Source of the DNA: Tubiluchus corallicola
Lineage: Eukaryota > Animalia > Priapulida
NCBI GenBank assembly: GCA_030141605.1
Contig: JAQGDQ010000151.1
Span: 1 to 64,000 of the forward strand
DNA: 64,000 nucleotides
Reading direction: 5' to 3'
The notes beneath the pieces were generated by a model. The model did not search any database and had not been told where the DNA came from. It saw nothing but the letters and a program-made list of their open reading frames with translations. Position numbers and translations under genes: made by a program. Positions 12,403 through 23,000 of the stretch are shown piece after piece (within the stretch, counting starts at the first letter, position 1; every line of letters begins with the position of its first letter).

Positions 12403-15400
12403 GTAATATACTCACTCTCAAGTTAACATACATACTCACTCTAGTGTTGTTTTACAATACTCTTATAATGTTTAAGCATAATTATAAACATAAATGTTAT
12501 GCATATTTTTTTAATCTCGTTTGGTGCAAAAACACTGGTGCCTTAAACAAACTGTGAAAGTCATGTATGAAGTTGTCGTTAAACACTTTGCAGAAAACGA
12601 ATGAACACCATATTACATATCTGCACAAAAACTGAAACACGTTTATTATACTAAATACACAGTAAAATACACAAGTAAAATGAAGATCACGACTGCTGCA
12701 CTGAGAGAGTGACAGAGAGACAGTGTGTAGCACGACTGCACTGCACTGATCACTAAGATTTAGACAGTGGCTAGAAGTGAAATCCAGCCAGTATATATAG
12801 GTAGAGAACTATGCAAAAACTTGGCTTCACATATCCCATTACAGTAAAAATAGGGGAGATCCAGTGAGTATGCATATTCACTGGACCGAGCAATTTTACT
12901 AAGGGTGAGTTTAACTAGTAAAATGTTAAAGTGACTAATCAATAGATGGCAGCACCTAAAATATACAGTTACAACTTTCACACAAACATCACATTTGTAT
13001 GTTTCTGGAAGACGATAACACATTCAGAAACCGTTTATCAAGGATACCTCAAAAACACCCAAAAACTTACTAGCAAAGCCCCGCAAAACTTTTTGCGGTA
13101 TCTATCTATTTCTATTTTTTGAATGTGTCTATTTCAAAGAATAATTGCATCATCATCATTTTCCTCATCACTCATTTTCAATTTCAACTAGGATGATGGT
13201 GAACAACATATAGGAACAAGACTTGCTTAATCGACCGACTTAATCGCATAATCATTAACGTTGAAAACAAAAACTCTTAGTCTATTAGGGTGCAACGCCA
13301 GCGTAATTTTCCCAACGTAAACTGCTATTTTCAAAACTGTTCGTTAAGATAGAGAAAAAAAAACGAACAGACAACACAAACTCTTAATACTGATTTAATA
13401 CCGAACTAATCAAAGATTTCAAAAACTGATAAAAAAGCTCATATAACAAATATATTCACTAACCTTGTGAAGTAATTACATTGATTAATTCTTAAAAGAA
13501 TTGAAAATTGAAGTAAAATTACAGATGTTCCCAATTAAGGTAACTAAAATGTCAATACTATACACGTACAGTTTGGCCTGTCAAGCTTTTAGGCTCAAAC
13601 TGTATGCATCAAAATTATTCTGTAATGTCATTTGCACATGTATATGCTGCATAAGAATCTTTTTTGTAATTTCTGGATAATATTGCTTTTATATATATAT
13701 ATATTTACTTCGGCGGAACATTATCTGTATTTTTATTATAACTGTAAGATGCAGTGTGGAAATAAATAAACTTTAAAAAATTAACTTAAAAAACAAACTT
13801 ATATACAACTTTGCTTTGATATTATCATTTTTTTTGTATTCTCGCACTTTAAATTTTATCAATGCACAAATAATTCTTACAAATCCAGTCTATTTGGTAC
13901 TCGCTCTACTCTTAAAGATCTGCGAAGTTTCGTTCACAAACGATGAGGCCTTTTTGCCAGGAGATGTGGTGATGCCACAATAGGAATAATTCCAGTCATT
14001 GAATCAATAATAGTCATTGAATGCAGCAGTTCGTGCATTATTTTTCATTTCAGTAGTCTAACATTGTCTACTAAATTTTTTGCTTACTTGAATACCAAAA
14101 TAAAAGTCTAATCCAGCAGTTTGAGGAAGGGGTTGAAGCCTTGCAGACCAGGAACTTGGGCCTATGCAGAGGTATTTTAGATATTGTGGTTTATCTGAAG
14201 TTTGTTCTGCATTTTGCACACTAGCAGCCGATAATAATTATGTACATCCATTTTGAAGTCAGACATTACTGAGGAATATGTGTAAAGCAAACAGTTTATA
14301 AGAATTTCTATTTAGAACTAACTGTTGCATGGGACATATTTTGTTTGGAGCCACAAATGAGCTGCTGTGTTTAGGTTATGACAAGGTATCTTTTATAAGA
14401 ATTAATTAATCAGGTTATAGATGTTTTGATAAGCAATTGTTTAAGCCGTTAGCGTTAATATTGTTTAATTCATATGTTAGTTTCGGTTTACAAACATTTT
14501 AAGTGCATGTTTAATCTATCATTTCTGACTTAATTATTTGCGCGCTATGCAGCAAGTAATCGTAGGCATTATGCAGGATAACGCCTGTTTTACCAATTCA
14601 TTTGGAAGAATTAGATTTATACGATAAACTAATAAAATTTAATCATGGTCCATTCAGTGCGCTTTTATTACTTGCTTTGTGCTAGCTTGTAAAACACAAG
14701 CGGCGGCACGTACCTAATATTAATAGGTGCTGCTTCAAAAAATTTCAGCTATTGTTTTAATACTGTGTAAAACGAACCAAATATATATTATTTTAATGTT
14801 ATAATTTACAATTGTAATTTAAATAAACAAACATACGAAATTTCATACACAAACTTGATAAAATCTTAAACAAAAAACATTTTTTGCTCACTAATAGCTT
14901 AAATTGTCGCAATTCAAGCTTGATCCACTCACGGTACTACAAACAACGAACTATGTGAGCGACAGCACTGCCAAACATTACGTTGCTGGAGTGCACTATG
15001 CTGGTTCCGTAGAGGTATAAAGAAGTAACTAAAGAAAAGGTATAATTTTAAATATCGATAATAACGTGTGAAAATAATGCAGTTCCACAATACCTATACA
15101 TGAGCCCCCACTGGAACTCAGTTCAACTTTAAGCCATACTACCATGGAAGGGCACCCATCGGAAAAAGAGTCGTATGTCTTGCTGAAATGCAATACAGCT
15201 TATAATAAAACTGCTTTTACTGTTTAGACAAAATTACGTGTTGCTTCACTTTGGAAGATCACGAGATCTGATTTACTCTAATGACTTGGTAGGTGCAGCT
15301 TGTAAGGCTTCTCACACATTCGTTAGGACTGTATTACTTAGCAACAGAAAGATGGGTTGTACAAATGGAATCTGAATTCAATTTTCTGCACTTTTCTACC

Positions 15401-16314
15401 CTTTTTTATTTTTTATTTTTAGTACGTGTTTTTGAAAAGCTAGATAGTATTTGGAGAGATGTTTAACTTTCTTCTAGGTTGTCATTCTTCTAAGCCGCAC
15501 TTGGTGGGGTGTGAGCATTGAGGAGATCCGCCAAATTGGCAAGACTAGCTGTGTTGTTAAGAGTGCACCACTTTTCTTAGTTTTTCCTTTTTCTATCACC
15601 ACAATTATTTATTCTGTGCATACTTGAATAGACATTAGTTCTTTGGCAAGGAATGGGTTAATTTTTAGCACACTATAAGAGAGTAAATTTGCAATAAAAA
15701 TTTTCCATAATGTTGCTTACCAGATCTAAATTGCATCAATTTTCCTTAAAGTGTCAAAATCCGGAATAATGGTATGACATTATTTCTCGAATATTCTCAA
15801 ATCAAGTAATGTGCCTTCCTCAACAAGCCTTGTGTGATCTCTTTCTCTTATAACTGTAGAGGCCTATTCCTGACCGACAGCGTGACTAACATGACTATAA
15901 GAGAGACATTCATCTCCGTCTTTCATGTTTTGTCATTTCTCGGTTTCATTTTCCGCAACTGTCATGCTCAAAAATGACTGATGCTGTCTAGCAGGACTTT
16001 TTGGCAGTAAGTGCCTGGTTATACTTGGGCTGATTTCCATGGAGTTTAATGTGAATATTTTAATTCTTGTATCCACTTGCTTTGGACACAACGGTAGCCC
16101 TAGTCAGCCTTGTGTCAGCCAAACGAAAATTTCTGATTCATTCAATTAGAACACTAAAATGGACTCTGAACTATCTGTTCTGTTTTGTTATTTAAATTAA
16201 TGAAGAAAAATAATCTTCTTATACAGTTCTTGACCACGCGTATTAAGATAAAATTCATCAATAATAAAATAATGTATTAGATTGCCTAATTTGTCTTACC
16301 TAAATTTCTTTTAG

Positions 16315-16441
16315 AAAAATTGTGAAAAATGCCACTTGATTCCTTATGAGAACCTGTGGATGATTGGTGGTACGGAAGAAGACCTTACAGAATTCTATAT
16401 AACAAAGTGGATTCCACCCTACTGGGAGCCAGTCTACATAG
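16315..16441 (+). CDS. GT49 glycosyltransferase, coding exon 2
   Basis: Acceptor tttcttttag| in phase 0 with exon 1 gives KNCEKCHLIPYENLW...WIPPYWEPVYIG, the GT49 CxxCH...WEPxYIG block. It ends at donor G|GTACTG. Not in the ORF track. Confidence 0.85.
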
Positions 16442-17658
16442 GTACTGAAATTCAGAATCGTATATATTTAGTACAGTTATAGCACCTGAATCGCATAAAG
16501 ATTTAATACCATGGGTCCAGTGGCGTCGTGCAATAGTAGGGGCTCGCCCCCCCCCAATTTTTTAGAAAATGTCAAAAATTTGAAGGGTGTCAGCGGCTCG
16601 TAATGAGACCAAAAAGATGTAAAATTGAGATAAAATGGGAATTCGTTTGAATTTCTTCAAATAGATGGCGTTGACGCAAATTTCACGCACGCGCCGTAGT
16701 TTCGCGACACCGCCACGTTTGAAATGCGTTTGCGACAAATTATTTAAATTTTCTGTGAAACTTTTGCCATTCTTTCGAGAGAGAAACATGAGAACTCGAC
16801 GGCAAACGGTAAGCAAATTTATTTCCGACTTTTTGACACACAATAGCGGGCCACCGCTCCATAAATGCGAACAGTATGAGCGTTTCGGTACAGTAGCCCA
16901 ATAATATTTTTTATCATTAAAGTTTGTCGCCGAGTTAAATTATTCTGACTGTTAATACGTGCCTGACCAGATGGTTTACCTGAAAGGCAGGATGTAGTTA
17001 AGAACGCTTCCGCGAGAAGACCATGCAAAATCGAAAAATTCCGGCACAAGGTTAGGTAAACCGATTCAGACCAAAGTTCGGGTATGAGGTCCACTAGTCA
17101 CTAGTATTCACTATGTGAATCCGCTTGGCTCAACTCCTCATAGTAGCAGAGGTACGGCATAGGCCGATTTTCATGAAAAAATGCCTATTTTTCGCTATTT
17201 TTTACTCATATTTGAAGAATTAGCCATGCAGCAACCACTGAGTTTTAATAGTTCTGATTCTGCACAGAACCCCCCTCTTTCGGCTCTACTGGAGGTCTTT
17301 AAGTTCGCATTATGCACAAGATGCAAATACTCAGTCATTTCAAAGTCTTATATCTCACCCACTGCGGGGGCGGGGACAAAAATATCGATATGTATGTGAA
17401 TAGAGCATCCCATCTCACTATGCTGCAGTGACAATTTCGATGGAGCGAATTTCCACCAGAGCAGTATTGTAAATGACCCCTGAAAGAGGCATAAATCAGG
17501 GTGAAAATATAGGTAACAACGTTCATCAGAAAGCTTCGTGTAGGTAAACATGAGTTGTCAAAATACTTCAAAACATCACAAATATTCATCTTTGGCAACT
17601 AGGGGCCTGTCCAGCAAATTGGCTAAACTACTGACAGGATTGGACTCCAGCATTCAAG

Positions 17659-17860
17659 ATGGCGGCCACTGCTGAACTAAAATGTTCGTTTTCTGGGCTG
17701 TTTACCAGCGTTAAATGCGGCATTGTGACTAGTTATCCGCACGAAATGAGTATTGTGAATCTATTAACCTGTACTAAAGACACTAGACCACATTTAGAGC
17801 GCTTCCATCTTCAAACAAATGAAATATCTACGGAATGGAAATTGCTTCTTGCAAGGACTG
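17659..17860 (+). other. Probable first exon of an uncharacterised, possibly DNA-transposon-derived, protein
   Basis: Strong start context caagATGGCG. MAATAELKCSF...CG...LLTCTKD.RPHL...EWKLLLARTG resembles N-termini I recall from invertebrate DNA-transposon proteins; family assignment is uncertain. Confidence 0.3.
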
Positions 17861-18950
17861 GAAAATGTTTTATGTACTGTTTATTTTCTATGCTTTGTAG
17901 ATGTTATGTACAGGTTATTACCTCGTTATTATTCATTGTCTTACATAGGCGTACAAACCAGGACACAAAGAAAATTGCCCTAAATCTGAGCGAATGCCCA
18001 AAAAATATGGGACAAACTTCCCCACAAAATATCATTTGTCCGGTGTTTTTTGACTGTAAAACATCGAAAATTTTTGTGCCATTGGCGCAATCATTCAATC
18101 GCACTATTATCAATTTTTTGTCAGAAGTATCGATTTTATGCCACAAATAAATTTTGGGCGAAGAAAAATTTTCTGAGCTAACTATCACCGCCATCCCCCT
18201 AGAAGCGGCCCATACGCTTATATTGTCTCATGTTTAGACAGTAAGATTTTCGCTTTATCACTTTCCCCATGATATATTTGTCTATATTTCTGTATCTATC
18301 TTCTAGTGCTAATCTACCTGCATCGATAATTCTTTCTCTATTATTTAGATATTATGGTATTGATTACCTGTACTACTCTTCAGTGATAGGATTATGCTGC
18401 TACAATAGGAACAGTATTTTGGACTTAGAGAAATTAATTCTGACTGAGTTTTGTAGTTTTTCATTTTTGTACTGATATTCATAATCTTTTATGTATAGCC
18501 ATGAAGCTTATTCATATAAAAAGTATAAAAAATTAATGGATTTCTATTTTATATGTGTATACCGAATGTGGTCAGATTTTTTCGCTAGCAATGACTCTCA
18601 ATCTTAACAATTGATACTTCTTTTATAATAGAGGGCTTATTGTTTATTCTTTCCTGGTATTCATTAGCGATTCAGTGTGTAGACAATGCCCTGAATCAGA
18701 GTCAGTCGGACTCGGTACTAGGGTCATGCATGATGTCCTGTCCTGAAATCCATCAGAAGAGACAATTATTTATATTTGTAGTCATATGAAAATTCCGACC
18801 TAACTAAACCAATTTAAGATGAAATTCGCAAATTTCTAGCAATTTCCATGGCAAAGGAATCTACTGCTACTAGGAAATTAGAGCACTAGTCACAGAAAAT
18901 GCAGGTTAAACGTGGCTAAATGTCTACTGTCATATATGACCTGAGCCAAG

Positions 18951-19344
18951 TGTTAAGGCCAGGGTGAACCTGACTTAATAAATTTTAATTTTGTAGCAAA
19001 GGTGGCTCCATCTAGTTAGAAAAAGTGTGGGCACTGACCTAGTTATGTTTGTCATTATGCTGTTCGGTTGAATTAGTGAACATGTCTTGTACAAGCTAGT
19101 GAAATTTTTCATTTAGATGTATGCCGCAACGATGTAAGTTTACTTCTATTAATTTTTATTTTTATTTTGATTTATTCATTGATTCATTATTCATTAACAA
19201 TCTAACTAAATTAGCCAATGTTAGTCACCTTTACCTTTCTATTTTTTGTTTTGAAATTTTGCAGAAATAAAGATCAGTGGTTTACATGAAATTCACCTGA
19301 GACTTTTGAAGATTTGTTATAAATTCCTCTCAGAGACACTAACA
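18951..19344 (+). repeat. 5' LTR of the BEL/Pao element
   Basis: tgttaaggccagggtgaacctgacttaata...cagagacactaaca; direct repeat of 28258-28603; contains AATAAA. Confidence 0.92.
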
Positions 19345-20062
19345 TTTATTTATCGGCAAAATATCTACATGAGAAGTGTGCTATGAATGCAATAAAACTA
19401 TTTCGCCAAGCTGGGACACGGGCCGCCATTGCGAGGCTTCAAGGTCGCACGTACACTCACCTGGTTTACCTTGCTGCAAGTTGGAATTATTGATCGCCGC
19501 CTAGAGAAGCCAACGCGGGGTCAACTAGAGAACTTCCTATCTTCCACCTTGCTGCTAAAGTTAACTACTGGACAGGCAAGAACTAAAATAATTATGAACT
19601 GAGTTAGATATTTCCCACTAAATATTAAAGTGAGAAATTAGTGAATGAACTCTGTGGTGAAAGCTGGGAAAACGATTTCAAACACTTGTTCAAATGTTTA
19701 CCTCACAGTTTATGGCCTATAATGTTATTGAATGCTTGCTCTTACGCCTATTATAGCTAGTTTTGTATTGATCAGCTGTTTTAATGTTGTTGTCCGCTTT
19801 AGTTATTCTGCAGTACGTGGCCCAGATAAAATTTCTCCTATCCATGTTAAACGTGTGAAAATACCGTTATACAGCAACAGATATACCGAAAAATAGGTTG
19901 ACAACTACAGTTACTAAATTGCACTTTCGTATAGGAGTTACAATATTTACTGGTGCACAATTACAGTTTGTAATTTTGAGTGTTGTACTTAATTTATGAT
20001 AATACTTCTCTTATTGATTTGCCAATAATTTTGCCAAATTATAGCAAATTAACAGGTACAAC

Positions 20063-23000
20063 ATGGATGATCTGGAAAAGAAAACTGTAAAAGAATTAAG
20101 AGAAATTCTCAAAGAAAAGGGGTTGTCCACGGCAGGCCTAAAAGAGCAGCTCATCTCACGCCTTAGAAATGCGATGGCCCAAGGAGAAAGTGACAGTGAG
20201 CAGGCAGCTTCTAGCCTTAAAAGTGCACGTAATGCTCAGAGTGTCAAGACAGTTGCTCATTCAGCTGCTTCATCTGCGTCAGTGCGGCTGGCAGCTGCCG
20301 AAGCCAAAAAACCATCCCTCCTGATACAAAGGCAAGCTTTGGTTGATCAAGCAAAGCTTGAAGAAGAGGAACTTAAGCTTGAACAAATGAAGAAAAATCT
20401 TGATTTAGAGAGGAAGCGGCTTGAGATTGACAGAAAGGTCCAAGAAGCAGAGGCACATGCTGCAATCTATGCTCAATTTGAGGAAGCACGCTCCAAGCGC
20501 AGCGACACCTTTGGTAAGGAAAAGGTCACTGACTGGGTAAATCGCGTTAAAGGCAAAGATAACGCAATATTGGATCAAGTATATGTAACTCTAGCTACTA
20601 ATGACACATATGCTAAGAGCGCTTTGGTATTAGCACAAACTCTTAAGGATAGTGGTACACGACGTAGTTTAGTCATTATGGTCACACAGAAGGGTGTATC
20701 ACCTGCTTTAGTTACTTTACTTCAGGATGTTTTTGACGAAGTTGAGGAAATTGAAGAATGGCGGAGTGGTGACAATGACGCAGTCCTCCTCCAGCAGCAC
20801 CCAGAATTAGAGGTTACATATTCGAAACTCTACTGCTGGTCTCTAACACGTTATAATAAAGGAGTGTTTATGGAATCTGATACTATTGTGTTACAAAATA
20901 TTGATGAACTTTTCCAAAATGAAGAGTTTGCAGCAGCTCCAGATGTGGGATGGCCAGATCTCTTTAATAGTGGAGTATTTGTCTTTAAACCTAGTATGGG
21001 TACATACAGACAATTGATATCCTTCGCTGCTTCACACTCCAGCTTTGATGGAGGTGATCAAGGCTTGCTCAATAAATTCTTTTCTTCCTGGACACGCCTT
21101 TCATTCGTTTATAACGTGACAACCGCCAGTACATACGGTTACTTTTTAACCCTGTCTGAGTTCAGGGACCGCTTGAAAGTTATTCACTTTATAGGTGACA
21201 TAAAGCCATGGCATTACAGCTATGACGAAAGAACTGGAGCTATTGTCTATTCATATGGGCAGGGATATGCGCATAAAGAAGAGTACGTAAGAAGATGGTG
21301 GAAAATCTTTTCCGTAAAAGTCAAACCTTTTCTTTCTAGTTATGCTCATGAAGAGGTCCTGCTATCCATGAACCCGCATGCAACTGAATATAAGCCAGAA
21401 CCAAAAGCTGAATTTGATTCAGTTGAAAGGGCTTCAGCTCCTAGATGTTATAGATGCTGTGACCCTCAGATGCATGCATACCCTGAAACAACACCAAGGT
21501 TTGATGTAAGACCACATCAAACATATAATGTAAGCAGTCCACAGATGGAAAGAACTCCGCTGATGATAAGGCAGCCTCATACCGGCACAGCGTCTCCATT
21601 AACTTACAATTTTCCATTACCAAGCATAGAATTACCAGTGTTTAATGGAAATGAGTTGGATTACACCCGCTTTATAAGAAGATTTGAAACGACAGTGGAG
21701 AACTACACTACTGACAGTGTTGCACGATTGGCACTATTGGTACAGTTCTGTAGTGAAAAAGTAAGAAAGTACATTGATTGTTGCCTTAACATGGAGCCAA
21801 ACATTGGATATGAACGAGCCAAACAAATGTTAAAAGAAAGATACGGTGATGAGTTTATTATAACGCAAGCTTGGATAAGGAAAATCACAGAGTTCAAGAT
21901 CATTAAGGCATCGGAACCAGAAGTGCTCAGGGATTATGCAGACACTCTAAGATGTTGTTTTAAATCTCTTGCTGCTATGGGTCACCTGGCTGAAATCAAC
22001 ACTCAGGGAAATTTGGCAAAAATTATTGACAAGCTCCCAGTGCACCAACATGCTACCTGGAGGAAAGAGGTGTATAAAATTCGTGCATCAGGCAAAGAAC
22101 CACGTATCACAGACGTTGTCAAATTTGTTGAGATGATAGCCAAAGTGGAGAATGACCATATATATCGAAGGAAGTCACAGGAGATACCAGAGCGTTCCAA
22201 AACAAAACTAAGGTATAATCCTGTGAGAAATTTTGCAAGTTCTAGCAGTCTTCCACAACGTGAAGATGTTGATCAAAGTCAACAGAAGCAATTTCCTTGC
22301 AAGTTGTGTGAACGGTTCCATTCACTTCAGGCATGTCCCAAGTTTAAGCACTTGTCAATAAGTGAACGACAGGAGATTGTAAAACAACACAGCTTGTGCT
22401 TTAATTGTCTTAAACCAAACCACACAAGCCGTGCTTGCAGATCAACAAGACGGTGTGATGTTTGTAAACGAAAACACTCCGTTTTCCTGCACCTTAGGTC
22501 AGAAGAGCAGTGTAAGAAGTTGCAGGGTGGTCAAAAGACTGAAGTGCCAAAGGCTCCCGTTCCAGTACCTTCTGTAAAAGAAGAAAGCACAACTCCACAT
22601 CAGCGCTTTGAAAAGCCAGGCTCAAATGCTCAAAGTGGATACATCGACATTGATGCTAATCCAGGAAAGGGTACAGCTTTGCCCATATTGCCAGTGTTGG
22701 TGAATATTCCCGGAAAGCAACCAATTAAGACATTAGCACTTTTAGATAACGGCTCTACCAACACATTTTGTTCTGAGAAACTGTACCAAGAGCTTGGCAT
22801 TAAAGGAAGAAATGATTTCCTGTCTTTGACAACACTTCAGGGAAAAGAATCTAAGACCCCTACCAAGATCGTTAGATTACAGGTCATGCCATGCGATGGA
22901 TCAAACTGCATCAATTTGCCAATTGTTTTTACTAGACCCTCATTAATGATGGATGCTGAATCTCTGCCAGATGTCAAACACATTGAAAGATGGCCTCACT

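Noticed and set aside
16518-16562. hAT-like terminus cagtggcgtcg...ccccccccaattt
   Set aside because: No matching opposite terminus or TSD found in the window.
18946-18950. TSD for the BEL/Pao element
   Set aside because: CCAAG versus CAGAG matches only 3 of 5 bases, so it is not called as a TSD.
20573-21335. Host glycogenin gene merely overlapped by a transposon
   Set aside because: The domain has no own start codon, introns or C-terminal tail. It is in frame with Gag on both sides and lies between the two LTRs.
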